A stretch of 64,000 bases of DNA from the human T2T-CHM13v2.0 reference genome, Homo sapiens (GCF_009914755.1 NC_060930.1); one strand, 5' to 3'; numbered from the stretch's first letter, positions 14,725 to 30,049 are shown. The notes: a model not told the origin generated them from the sequence alone. A program made the numbers and translations.

Positions 14725-15784
14725 TTATTTACATTGTTTAGGCACTAATTATGATGACCCAACTGAAGACTCAGATGCACTTAATTTACCAAAATTTTGA
14801 GTGTGTGAAAAATGATAAATATCTATAATGATGTTCTATTTCTGCCCAAATGAATTTGAATTTGGAAGCAATGAATCCCACTTCTTCCCTGACAGTATGT
14901 CATAGCATTGGGCAAAATATTTCAAAGATTAATAGCTTGTCAGGGAAAGCTCGAACTGATAAGAGTGATATGTAAAATTATATATCCCTATGTTTAAAAT
15001 TATTTCAGGCCAAAACGTGAAGAACTGCAGAGGGTGCATATAATATATTAAAGGAATATGAAAAATGTCAATATTTCATTTAAAGCTTACATGAGGAATG
15101 ACGGCGGAAAGCTAAAATAGAACTCTACACTCAAGTAGTATTTTAAAGATTGCAAGCCAAGTGTAGCAGTTTGGAATCGCCAGCTGACAAACTGGCATTA
15201 AGAATCAAAGGAAACCTTACAGAAAGTATGACAACCTTGCAGATAGATTAAATTAAAATCTATCAACATGTAAAAATGAAGGAAAGAGAAAGTTTTTTTT
15301 TTTTTTGCACTCTAATGAGGAGAGTTTCTTGGTGAAATTTGGAAATTAAAACTGTTGATATAAGCAGAAAAGTCTTAGAAACTACTGTAGGACATTGACC
15401 CATATTGCCTGTAATTTAAGAGATTTTCCCAAGCTCTAGAATATTTTAAAGAATGTGAAATACAGCAATAATACTAACTTTATTCACTTTATCTTTACAG
15501 CAGCAGAAACAAGCTTTCTAAATATTGTTTCTGGCTCATTCTTGTAATACTTTTTTGGAAGTAAGAAATCAACATATATGGAAGCAGAGAAAATACAAAC
15601 ATAAGTGCTGAACTAAGAAATGAGTTCAGGGTTTCTTTATTATCTGTAAGTATATGAGATAACTTGATATCAAAGAGAACAATCTTTGTACTTTCTTAAC
15701 CTTCAAAATGTCATCATGAATGTCTTGTTTTTTTTCCCTTTTTTCAACACCATAATTAGTGCAGGCTCAAAGGTGATCTAGAGC

Positions 15785-15882
15785 CAGCCGCAATTCAAAA
15801 TACAATGATGATAAATTCTTAAAATGGTACACACAGCTACAATTCAAAATACAATGATGATAAAATCACAAAATGGTACAAA
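15785..15882. repeat. 49-bp direct tandem duplication (2 copies)
   Basis: caattcaaaatacaatgatgataaa...aaaatggtaca starts at 15791 and again at 15840. Confidence 0.92.
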
Positions 15883-16975
15883 GCCAATTTTGTACTTTCC
15901 AGGAAATTGCTGACAAAACATGATTCTTTCACAAATAGAAAAAAGACTCAAGAATTATTTGAATTCATATTTAAAACAATACTTACATGTTGACCTATCT
16001 TTTGCATGAATAACAAAACCACCTATTGGGACCAGCAGCTAGAGATTATTTTCAAAACAAAATCTGAAAATGGAAGAAGCAAATTAGTATGCATGTTGAA
16101 AGGATCTATCATAAAAAAAAACAAAATAAATGAAGGAAAAAATTATTGATTTCTGGCTCTAGCTATCAAGGCGTAACTTATGATACAGTAAGCAAACCAC
16201 AAAAAATAAGTCTTAAAAACTAGATACAACTGGTAAAATCATTATTACATTTCATGTGTCTACTTAAGGATGTAGAAGGTTGCAAAGAATATCACTCCTA
16301 CTCATATAAGAACAACAACAAAGGACCAGGCAAACAGCAAGTCCATAACTTTGCTTGAACCTATCAAAAGTTTGAGATGGCAAGACAACCATTTAGTAGT
16401 TGATCTATGGAGAAGCTGGCCCCTGATGAGAGACAAGATGTGAACATTTGCTTACCTGTTCTACATGGAATCAAAAGCACATAAGGATTCAGACAGAGAA
16501 CTTGGTGGAAACCTCAAGTAGGTCTTTCATGTCACAATTCCCTTAGGAATGTCTATGGAGGTAGCAGAACACTCCAGATAGTTGCTACTCTGATTGTGGG
16601 GATAAGACTGTTTAAGGCTCAGGTTTAATCTGTATGATAAACTTCAGTCCTAAGCAGGTCCAGGGTCTCTGGGTCTCAGAAAATTAACTGTTTCCAGCCT
16701 TGTTCCTTCACCACTACATATCTAGTTATGGGATCAGTACTTACCCTTTCATTATTAATAGATAACTTTTTTGGTTCTTTTTTTCCCTAGTTGCAATGAC
16801 TTTCCTCCAGTGTCCTCAGCAGTTCTCACCAGTGTTCTCAGAGTTTATGTGAGAAAGTGTGGAACTCTAGAATATCGAAAAATTAGGGGAAGTTTACAAA
16901 ATCTTGCAGACTTTTTAACAGTGTAATTCACTGGGTACTGACAAAGAGTATGAGCCAGACTTCACAGAAAACACC

Positions 16976-19261
16976 TGTATTAGCCTGTTCTCACACTGCT
17001 ATAAATAACTGCCTGAGACTGGGTAATTTATAAAGAAAAGAGTTTTAATTGACTCACAGTTCCGCATAGCTGGAGAGGCCCCAGGAAACTTACAATTATG
17101 CCAGATGTGGAAACAAACATGTCCTTCTTTACATGGCGGCAGGAGACAGAAGTGCCAAGCAAAGAGGGAAAGACCATTGAAAAACCATCAGGTATTGTGA
17201 GAACTCACTCACTATAACAAAAACAGCACTGGGATAACTGCCCCCATGATTCATTTATCTCCCGCCAGGTCCCTCTTACAACATGTGAGGATTATTGAAA
17301 CCACAATTCAAGATGAGATTTGAGTGGGGACACAGCCAAACTATATAATTCCATCCCTGACCTATCCCAAATTTCATGTCCTCACATTTTAAAACACAAT
17401 CATGCCCTTCCAACAGTCCCCCAAAGTCTTAGTTCCTTCCAGCATTAATCCAAAGTTCCAAGTCCAAAGTCACATCTGAGACAAGGCAAGTCCCTTCTGG
17501 CTATGAGTCTGTAAAATTGAAAGTAAGTTGTTACTACCTAGATACAATGGGAGTACAGGTATTGGGTAAATACACCCATTCCAAATGGGAGAAATTGGCC
17601 AAAACAAAGGGGCTACAGGCCCCATGCAAGTCCAAAATCCAACAGGGAAGTCATTAAGCCCTAAAGTTTTACTTTGACTCCATGTCTAATGTCCTAATTT
17701 TGCTGATGCAAGAGGTGGGCTCTCATAGCTTTGGGCAGTTCCATCCTTATGACTTTGCAGGGTACAGCCCCTGTCGCAGCTACTTTCAATGGCTGGTACT
17801 GCAGCTTTTCCAGATGCACAGTGCAAGCTATTGGTGGATCTACCACTCTGGAGTCTGGAGAATGGTGAGCCTCTTCTCACAGCTCCACTAGGCAGTGCCC
17901 CAGTGGGGACTCTTTGTGTGGGGTTCAACCTCACATTTCCCCCTTTACTGCCCTAGCAGAGGTTCTCCATGAGGGCTCCACTCTGGCAGCAAACTCCTGC
18001 CTGGACATCCAGGCATTTCCATACATCATCTGAAATCTAGGTGGAGGTTCACAAATCTCAATTTTTGACTTCTGTGCACCTGCAGGCTCAACACCATGTG
18101 GAAGCTGCCAATGCTTGGGACTTGCACCCTCTGAAGCAACAGTCTAAGCTGTACCTTGGCCCCTTTTAGCCAGGGCACCAAGTCCCACAACTGCACACAG
18201 CAGTGGGGCCCTGGGCCTGGCCTACAAAACCATTTTTCTTTCTTAAGCCTCCACATCTGTGACAGGAGGGGCTGCCATGAAGTTCTCTGACATGCCCTGG
18301 AGACATTTTCCCCCTTATCTTGGTGATTATTGTTTGCTTCATCATTACGTATGAAAATTTCTGCAGTGAGCTTGAATTTTTCACTAAAGTTTATTTATTT
18401 ATTTATTTTTCCTATTGCATCATCAGGCTGCAAATTTTCCTAACTTTTGTGCTCTGCTTCCTCTTGAACACTTTGCTGCTTAGACATTTCTTCTGCCAGA
18501 TACCCTAAATCATCTCTCTCAAGTTCAAAGTTCCACAGATCTCTAGGGCAGGGGCAAAATGCTGCCAGTCTCTTTGCTAAAGCATTAGAAGAATCACCTT
18601 TACTCCAGTTCCCAACAAGTTCCTAATCTTCATCTGAGACCACCTTGGCCTGGACTTCATTGCCTATGTCTCTATTAGCATTCTGGTCAAAGCAATTCAA
18701 CAAGTCTCTAGGAAGTTCCAACTTTCCCATATCTTCCTGTCTCCTGAGCCTTCCAAGTCACTAGGAAGTTCTAAACTTTCCCATATTTTCCTGTCTTCTT
18801 CTGAGCCCTCCAAACTGTTCCAACCTCTGCCTGTTACCCACTTTTTGCTTCCAGATTTTTAGGTATCTTTACAGATACCTGAGTGGTACCCCGCTCCTTG
18901 TACCAATTTATGGTATTAATTGATTCTCATGCTGCTATAAAGAACTGCCCGAGACTGGGTAATTTATAAAGAAAAGAGGTTTAATTGACTCACAGTTCCA
19001 CATGGCTCAGGTGGCCTCTGGACACGTACAATCATGACAGAAGGAGAAGCAAATATGTCCTTCTTCACATGCCAAGCAAAGGGGAAAAAGCCACTTATAA
19101 AACCATCAGATCTCATAAGAACTCACTATCATGAGAAGAGCATGGGGGTAATCACTCCCATATTCAATTACGTTTCACTGGCTCCCTCCCATGACACATG
19201 AGGGTTATAGAAACTACAATTCAAGATGAGATTTAGGGGGGAACACAGCCAAATCCTATCA
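16976..19261 (-). mobile_element. Two-LTR THE1 (THE1C/D-like, ERVL-MaLR) element
   Basis: LTRs 16976-17348 and 18912-19261, each reading as antisense THE1 (tgtattag...cacagccaaa). About 1.56 kb of THE1-int between them. Perfect 5-bp TSD acacc at 16971-16975 and 19262-19266. Confidence 0.95.
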
Positions 19262-19821
19262 ACACCCATCACAGTACATGTCTTTGGTGGTGAGCAACAG
19301 CAGCTATGGGAGGGCCACCGACTTTGCAAGGATCCTTCTGTTTAGCTCTCCTAGGAAACAAAAGCATCTATGGGGGCAAAGAACAACCAGAACTGTATCC
19401 TGCAGGTACAAGGGTAAATTATTGCTTCTAGAGAAACAGAACAGAAAAATATTATCTACTAAACAAAAAGGAGTAGGAATAAATGCTGGACCTGGTACTA
19501 CAGATGAGGGAAGAACAAGAATATTGGGACAGCCAATTCTCTGCAATGTAAGGACATCATGCCTAAGATTAAGGCTTAATAAAACAGAATGTTATTAACC
19601 ATCAGTGTAGCCACCAACAATTAAAAGATAACAATGTGAACCTCTGGAGTGTTCCCTGGTCTCCAAGGGCAATTCTAACAGAATGTAACACAACAGGAAA
19701 ACCTAAAGCCTGAGGGTAAAGAAGATGCAGAGAAAAACCCTATGTAAAACCAGCCCCACCTTAATCACAAGCTAGGACTTGAGGTATTTGAGGCTATAAT
19801 ATAGTGAGATTAATTATAGCC

Positions 19822-19882
19822 ACCAGACACACTACACACATTAAACACACACACACACAGGCACACACCACACACCACACAT
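19822..19882. repeat. Degenerate (CA)n microsatellite
   Basis: cacacacacacacacaggcacacaccacacaccacac. Confidence 0.8.
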
Positions 19883-20099
19883 AAACTCAACTCAGAAATA
19901 CCTCTTTGTAAATTAATTGAAACTACCACACCAAAGACCTAGCAGAAGGATAGATGGACACACCTACGAGCATAAAATATATTTATTTGTCTGCTGTCCT
20001 AAAAATATGTTTAGCTTTCATACAACTATTACAAACCATAATAAAAGACCAATAAAAACACACAGCCATAGACAACAATAAACAGAACTTGATTTAGAG

Positions 20100-21900
<1,801 letters not shown>

Positions 21901-22102
21901 AGCTAAACAGAGTAAATCAACATTATCAGAAAAAAATAGAAGATGTACATCATATTATAATAAGAAAATTCCTGATTATATAATTTCCACTATGGGTAAA
22001 GAATAAAACCATGAAATAATTTTAAATAAAACAATGTTATCAGTTAGTGAAGTTATCTATTCAAATAATTACACTGAAAGTTTTAATAATTCAAAACTGT
22101 AG

Positions 22103-22212
22103 AAAAATTATATAATTAGGTCCTGGTTATCAAAAATTATATAATTAGCTGACAGTCCTGGTTGTCCCATAAGCTTAGACAACCAGGACCTTCAGCTAAG
22201 TACATAATTTTT
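22103..22212. repeat. 81-bp inverted repeat (35-bp arms, 11-nt loop) preceded by a partial direct copy of the left arm
   Basis: Arms 22132-22166 and 22178-22212 are reverse complements at 31/35 positions; 22103-22131 copies the left arm with a 6-nt deletion. Confidence 0.95.
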
Positions 22213-23429
22213 AATATATGAACCCTCTGGGCAGGTGAAATAGAGAAGTTAATTTAAAAATTGTATCTACATAAATCATCTATTTACACAGCATAAAATA
22301 TTATAATAAGATGCTATCACAATAAATGTATCCAATTTTAAAATTGAATGGGATCATATTTACATATGAGAAATTCAATTATAATGTATTAGTATCTATC
22401 CTATTGATATTATTTCTTAATATACGATTTTGCATGTTCACTTACTCCAAAGATACTCGTATTGTCTTTTTAAAAGATTCTCTTTTTAAAAGACAAGTGT
22501 TTTGCCCCTGAATTATAAAAATAATTTCAATGAACAATGACCATAATTGAATCTGCAACTGGTTTATAAAACTAGCAAACTTCGATTCCTTCATGCCATG
22601 AAAGGTTTGACCCTTTGGGTGTATTTCAGTATCTTGCAGTTTAACATGTGGGTTCTTATATTCTGACTTTTTTCATGCTGTGAAATGATTTTTCTAGTCA
22701 AGCTTTGATCTTCAGGTTTGGCCCATCTTCTCTCTTCTGGGGCCCTACTAGATGCTGTCTACTTCAAATGCTTGCTCCCTGCAACACTTACTGTAAAATC
22801 TCAGGTGTCACATCACTCAATAATCTCACTCTGTGGGGTGGGGGGATAAAATAAATTCCTTTCACTGGTAGCTGACAACTTCTCCTTTATCTTTTAGGAG
22901 TTTCTGTTCTGTCCAGCTTCCAGCTGATAGAGCGCCTTTGCAGAGAGGACATTTGCAGTTTGAATACAGTGCAACCTTCATCACCAAAGGCACTTCAACA
23001 TGCATGGCTATGGCTTTTCTGTTCATGCATTACAAATTAAAAAGAAACATTCTTATTATCTCAAATTCTCTAACACTCATTATCGCATTGTATTAATGTT
23101 GTATAAAGCAAATTGATGTTTGTTCTCTCAAACTTTGACCATCATAACAAAATAAACACTACTATCATAAGCCTAGCAAAATAACATTTCTACTATATTC
23201 CATTTGTATAGCATAATGTCAATCACTGTTTACCAATTTTCCTTGGTACATGTTTAATACTATATTGGTATGATTGAGGTTTATAATTCCATTTTCAAAA
23301 CTCTTGGTGCTAGATATATTTAAAATTTGAAAAAAATTTATAATTTGGAAATATAATACAATGCAAATTATTATATAACATTTATAAGGGTTTGGGGAAG
23401 CACTTATAGTCGGGTGTACTAATATTTCT

Positions 23430-23710
23430 TTCTGTTTTTGTTTGTTTGTTTGTTTGTTTGTTTGAGACAGAGTCTCGTTCTGTGGCCCAGGCTGGAGTGC
23501 AGCGTTGTGATCTTGACTCACTGCAGCCTCTGCCTCCAGGGTTCAGATGATTCTCCTGCCACCATGCCTGGCTAATTTTTTTTTTTTTTTTTGTATTTTT
23601 AGTAGAAATAGGGTTTAACCATGTTGGCCCAGCTGGTCTTGATCTCCTGACCTAAATTGATCAGCCCACCTCGGCCTCCCAAAATTCTGGGATTACAGGC
23701 ATGCCCAGCC
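23430..23710 (-). mobile_element. AluS (Sx-like) with two internal deletions
   Basis: Antisense Alu with (TTTG)n tail; TSD gtgta(c/t)taatatttct at 23414-23429 and 23713-23728. Confidence 0.9.
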
Positions 23711-24532
23711 AAGTGTATTAATATTTCTATATCAAAGTTATATAAATATTTAGTGAGTTAAATCAAGATTATAAAGGAACATATCAATTTGGGTAGCATC
23801 TCAGTTTTTCACCAAACATGGTAAAGCCAGCTCAATGTTCTGAGTTTTTCTGATTTTGGGGTTGTGAATAAATCACTTTGTATCATACAGCATTTTACAT
23901 CTTGCAAAGCATAACGTGCTGTTTTGTACTTGGGGTTCTTTGTAAATATTTCTCCTTTATCTAAAAACTGCACCCTCAAACACAAAGGAAACACTGCTTT
24001 TTGCTTCAAAATATTTCAAAGTTCAATTTCTCATAAAAATCTTCCTGGCATCTAGAAAAATTATTTACTTTAACTTGTAGATGATACAGTCAGTAATTCT
24101 TATATATTGCACTCTATTTAGACAAAAATGTTATATCTCCTCCATGAATCCAACCTTTCAAAAGTGATCATTTCTATAATCTAAGCACTTAATACGTATG
24201 TTTAGTATACTACTAAATTGTAAATTGTAGTTATTGAATGCCTATTTATGGAAACAAGTAATCAATCAGTACATTTGTAAAATATTTTAAAATATTTTAG
24301 AAGCTTTTAACCAACTAAACAGCTTCAGAAAATATAATCAATATTTTCAATATGACATAGTTGGAAAGTAGCAGAATTGGCTACCAAACTAGGCATCTAG
24401 AACAAAAATGTGATGATCCTTCTAATTAAATTTGGGAAACTTTCATTTCAATTTGTGATATTTCTACTCAATTGTACAGACTTTTCTAAGAAAGAAAGTG
24501 ATACTTAGTCAAATATTACTACAAGCTATGTG

Positions 24533-24908
24533 TAATCATTCACCTCATAATGACATTTTGATCAATGACGGACGGCATATAAAATGGTTGTCACATGAGA
24601 TTTTCATAAAGCTGCACTGTACAGGTGTACCATTTTTATGTTTTATATCATGTTTTTGCTGTGCCTTTTCTATGCTTAGATTCACAAATATCATTGTCTT
24701 TCAGTTGCCGACAGTATTCAGTACAGTAACATGCTGTGCAGCTTTGTAGCCTAGGAGCATGAAATTATACCGTATAGCCTAGACCTGTAGTCGATTACAC
24801 CACCTAGATTTGTGTAAGCCTACACTCTATGATGCTAGCACAATAATAAAATTGCCTAACAACACATTTGTTCAGAACATATTCCTGTTGTTAAGCGATG
24901 AATAACTG
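24533..24908. mobile_element. Tigger3/MER7-type TcMar DNA transposon (non-autonomous)
   Basis: Degenerate TIRs (taatcattcacctcataatgac ... gttgttaagcgatgaataactg followed by TA); internal acagtattcagtacagtaacatgctgt...tttgtagcctaggagc. Confidence 0.85.
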
Positions 24909-25844
24909 TAATTGAAATGTTAATATTTTGGTTTGAAATATAGTTAAGTTATAATCACTGAAAAGCTGAGAAATAACTACTGTCAATACTATTATATTTC
25001 TTATTTCTTATAAACTAGTGATATTTTATTTTGAATAAAAGTAATAAAATGTATTTCAATGGAAAATTAGTATATATGTAGAATTTTTCTTCAAAGTCTT
25101 AAGTATAAATAACATTCACATGCTTATAATTCTTTTATTTTGTAATAATGGCATTGAATGATTGATCAACAGTCAAATGAAATATAGAATATTATATCAA
25201 AATTATTTAAAGTTATTTTTCTCATTAAATAATCTAAGTTGCTTCAATAATATTTTTAAGCATAAATCTCACCTTCTGAAAATTGCTAAACCTAAAAGTG
25301 TGAGTAGTTACATGTCAAAAAATGAACAATTTTAAGATTTGGACATATTTTTAAAAGATAGAAATGTAACTTTGATCAATTATAAACATGTTATTTTTAA
25401 ATGTTATTCAAAGACTCAATTTAATGTTATTTTAAACAATGCTCTTTAATTTGCTTAATGAGGACTATAATGCAAATTAAGAAAAGTTGTTTTTGTAACT
25501 TTACTCAAAAAATATTAATTTGTCAAGTCATATATATATATAACACATATATATATAACACATATATAAAACCTCCACTTCAAAGTTATATAAAGGTAAA
25601 CATACATAGAAACACACACACTTCAAAAGATCAAAGTAACCAAATTCAGTTCAAATCAAATTGAGGCAATGTCATGTTATTTTTTTCACTATAAATAACT
25701 TTATCAGAATTATACTATACAGAAAACTAAAACATATATGTTTTGTCTTGGATTATTTTAATATTTTAAAATTTGTTACTCTTTCAGTGAAAATAAGCTC
25801 ATGTTTGTTGTATGGTTTATGTGTGTATTTAATGGTATACATAT

Positions 25845-26242
25845 TCTTTCAAAAAAAGTTCAGCCAAATTAAATGTAAAAGATTTTAATGAATGATTCGC
25901 GAGTCAGGCAGCTCTCAGAATCACAGCAGATTCACAGAAGCTCCAGGGGTGTCTCGTGGTCAGAACAAATTTATAGACAAAAAGGTAAAGTAATGTACAG
26001 CAATCAAAAGTGAGATACAGAAACAGATTGGTTACAGCTCGTCATTTGCCTTACTTGAACATAGTTTGAACACTCAGCAGTCTATGAGTGGCTGAAGTAC
26101 GGCCACTGGGATTGGCCAACACTCAGTTATTGTTACAGGTGCATACTATTAAGTTAGGTTTTCATTTTTGCCAGTTATGCTAGGTTACAGTTCATCCACA
26201 AGGGCGTAGTCATTCTCAGGCCATATTTAGTTTGCTTTAACA
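25845..26242 (-). mobile_element. MER57-type ERV1 solo LTR
   Basis: Reverse complement begins tgttaaagcaaactaaatatggcctgaga; CCAAT boxes (gattgg on +); 4-bp TSD atat at 25841-25844 and 26243-26246. Confidence 0.8.
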
Positions 26243-27239
26243 ATATAAATCAATAAACATTTTTGAAGAACTTTTCAAGTAACACACTGTTACAGTGTAG
26301 ATGGAGAATGACTTTATGTAGAGAGGTAAGAGGTTTAATATTGAAAATGCAAGTTTAAATAAAAGAAAAACATGCATATTTTGCCTTAAAAGTACAAAGT
26401 ACATCTTGATACTTATATTCATGAAATAATAGTTGAAACAATGATAATGGAAGACATCCATAGAAAAACTATAGAGTGATAAAAGAAAGTTCTGAGAGAA
26501 TATCTTAGGGATCATTTAATTTTATCTGGTAGTGAATGGATGGCAACTAGTGAGTATTTAGCATGGCTCAACATAAGATGATATAAAATCATGATAAGGA
26601 AAAATATCTCTACAGAGGACTAAGTGAACACTATTTAACGGTGTTAGGTTTTTCAGAATAATTATGGGAATACACTCTTTACATACCTACTCTACCAAGG
26701 AAAAAATAAAAATAAAAAATAAAGAGTGAAACTGTCCCACACTCTAAAGATTAGAAAACTCCATATATTAATGGTCAACTAATATTTATACTAATTACAT
26801 CATTGATGGAGAACATATATGAGAATATGTTTTTTTTTTTTTTTTTAGTGTTCTAAGATCTGAGGTTGTACAGAATTGAGGATTCCAATACGGCACACTG
26901 ATGACAAAACACTTATGTTGATTTGCCTCTGTGGTTTGTCATAAGAGTTGATACTTGGAAAAGAATATATGTCAGTCCAGCAGATTTACAATAAATGGTG
27001 GCCTAATAGGAACTACAAAATTTGTGCCAATTTAAGACACATATTTAAGTCTGAATAGAGAAGTTGCTGGTATCCCAGTGGAGAAAATAAATGATGAAAC
27101 AAGATAAGGATCATTTTTATTGCTGAGAAATGCTGAGGCTGACTAGATTGCAGGATAGATACATTGAAATTTAACAACTTGAAAAAATGCAATTAATTAG
27201 TAAACAAGTATACGCGTTTGTTCTTTGAAAGCATTAATT

Positions 27240-27373
27240 CAGTCAGCTTCATGGATATACAACCAGTGCAGTCAATACCCTGGTTTTGTCATCTCAAAAT
27301 CCTTAATAATTTTAAAACAGAAGTCCTAAATTGTTATATTGCACTGAGCCTACAAATTATGTGGTCAACCCTG
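27240..27373. mobile_element. MER45A-like hAT DNA transposon
   Basis: gcttcatgg...gtgcagtc start and ttgcactgagcctacaaattatgtggtcaaccctg end. Confidence 0.65.
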
Positions 27374-28639
27374 GATTAATAAATTATAACTCATTATTCT
27401 AAAGATAAATTTCATAAAAACAGAAAATACCAAAACAAAAATTAGAAACATGGAATCATTTTATATGAGACTATGTGCCTATTTTCTTTTTGGAAGCCTG
27501 ACATTTCCAAAGACACATAAAGAGAAGATATTTTTGTGCAACCTAACTTAAAGTTGGAAAGGAAAAGACATCAATTAAAATAAAGTCACGTAATGTTTGA
27601 AGTTCTCTCTCATTCAGATATCAGGGATAGCCTTCAAAAACCTTTAGAAAACATTCACGTGTTGGTCATGAAAGAGATGCAACCTGTGTTCTCTCCTCAT
27701 TCTTGGTGAGTGGTCTTAAGACAGAAATAGAGGATTTAATATGAAAGCAAAAGCTGAAGTAGGAAATAACCCCATGGCCATGTTGCCAACTCCTAACTGA
27801 ACAATATGAAAGAGACCTAAACAAAAGCAGAAAATACCTAGAAAGAATCTGCTAGCTTTACAGATAATAGCAAGATGTTCTTACTTTGACTATCACATCA
27901 GAAAGAAATGATACATGTGGATACATTATGATAAAAAGATATTGGAAAAACAAATAATTATTCTACATTAGCTGAGAAATTGACAAAAAACATGTGGATA
28001 GACAATAAAGATGCTTTCAATACAAGAGAATGCCCCATACTCTTAAACTAACAAGGAGAAATTTTCCTATAGATTAGATAATTTTTTTACATTTTTGATT
28101 AATAAGTGCTACCATATCAACCTTAGTTTCTTCTTAGTTGAAAAACTGATGCTGCAAAGTCAATGAACTGCTTAGGTGGAGTAGTCCTAGCATCTTGTTT
28201 GGGCTGCAGAATGACTAAAGACAAAATGAAAAATTGAGACCACCTGAGTTTACATTACTAAACTTTTAGAACTAGAATTGAGGACTAAGACCATTTGTCT
28301 TCTTGACAAATATTTGTTTCAGGTATTTTGTTTGCTTGTTTGTTTGTTTTCAGGAAGATAAGGCTATAGTACAAAACGACAATAACAAAAACTTCATTGT
28401 TTCTTTAGGACATATTTGCAAACCCATGCAAACACTTTTTGTATTGAAATAGTTTGTATACCTAAACAAAAGCTTATGTTTCAAACTAAATTTTGTTCTC
28501 AATACTCGCTTTGAAAATTTTGCCAGGCAGTGTCTGTCTACAAGCCCTAAATTAATATTTTACAAATGAGACACTGCCACATGTCTGTGTTTGCTGTTTT
28601 TAAAGTAATGTAATATATTTTTATTGCAGATTCTGAGAA

Positions 28640-28802
28640 TCATCTTGCAGTCTGTTAAAACAAATAATGCAATGTCCAGCCGTCAGGTTTCTGATTTAGT
28701 AGATCTATTATATGATGGGGCTAAAAAATTTACATTTCGACAAGTTCCCAGGCAATGCTGATGCTGCTGTTCTGGGGACCACATTTTGGGAACGAACCTC
28801 TG
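28640..28802. mobile_element. MER5A hAT-Charlie element
   Basis: gtttctgatttagtagatct...caagttcccaggcaatgctgatgctgctgttctggggaccacattttgggaac. Confidence 0.8.
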
Positions 28803-29774
28803 CTTTGTTATATGAGCCAGTTTGATTCAAGGTACTTCTTTAGTTGCATCCAAACATCTCCCAAATGATCGCATTTGGGATTTCTATTGTTTTAAGATAA
28901 ATATTTTATTGAAGAAGAATTGTTGTTCAGAGAAGTTAAAGGCTAGTTGCTATTGGTATTTCTGAAATGGTTGCAGATAACACATAAAGGACTAAAAAAA
29001 CTTTCAATTAGTTGTCAAAAATCAATATATACTACAAATTTAGATAAGTGCCTATGATTTGCAGCTCGCTCAGAGAGGTAGAAGTTGGTGTACTAGAACT
29101 TTTTAAAGTCTTAATAATATATAGACAGCATGATTGTTTAATTATATTTAAATAACTCAAAAATACAATTAACTACTTAATCTAATGCCATACCTTTAAG
29201 GATCCAAATACTCTGACACCTATTTAGGAATGCAGTTCACTGAAATGTTTTCAGAAGTAAGGAAAAACAGTTAGGGTAGACAAAGTATAGTAATTATCAG
29301 AAAAATATTTTATGACAAGAATTAATTCATTGTGTTGAAAATGTGATCATTTGGTAACCTAAAACAATAAACAGCTAGATGCGTGGTAGGCATATTCTGT
29401 TATTGGCAGAGAACTCAGAATTTATGTTTCTTAAAATCCAAACCAACAATATCTGCCCTAAGGCATACAAATATTTGACTCTTTTGACATTCATTTTTCT
29501 TTGATAAAATAAGCATTGGGGAGCAATGCAGCTCATATGCTGCCGGGTTTAGTCTTTGAATATGAAAGTCAGAACAGAATGAGTACTGAATTGTGAAGCT
29601 TATACACAGCAGGAACTTTGACTGACAAGAATTCCACAATTCTAGATAAAGTTTGAAAGGAATCATTGGCTTCATTTAGAACTGATCTATGGGAATATTC
29701 TTTAAAAACACTTGCAGTTTTGTAACAATTGTCCTTCATGTAAATTACATTTGATTTCTTCTCAAAATTAAATA

Positions 29775-29925
29775 ATGATCTGTTTTTTCTGTCACTGTAG
29801 TTTTGTGTTTTCTAGAAATTATATAAGGGAACTCATGAAGTATGTAGCCTTTAATATCTGGATTTTTTTTCATTTAACATGCTGATTATGAGATTTATGC
29901 AAATTGTTAGATTTATGTTCTGTTG
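29775..29925 (-). mobile_element. L1M 3' UTR fragment
   Basis: tctgtcactgtagttttgtgttttctagaaattatata...gagatttatgc antisense L1M motif. Confidence 0.55.
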
Positions 29926-30049
29926 GGTTGTTGAATAATCTAAAGGGATGTTTTTAATGTAATGCACTAAAGCACTCTTCTTAAGTTATATTCCAGCAAC
30001 ACCAAGGAAGGAGATCTAATCCAAAGAGATCCAGGCCCAAATCAGGGAA

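Noticed and set aside
16735-16855. Splice-like signals (minus donor GG|GTAAGT near 16744; plus acceptor ttttccctag at 16790)
   Set aside because: Opposite strands, no convincing partner sites and no ORF; probably within decayed repeat sequence.
18702-18812. ~53-bp tandem duplication inside THE1 internal sequence
   Set aside because: As I recall this is a feature of THE1C/D internal consensus sequences rather than locus-specific; needs Dfam confirmation.
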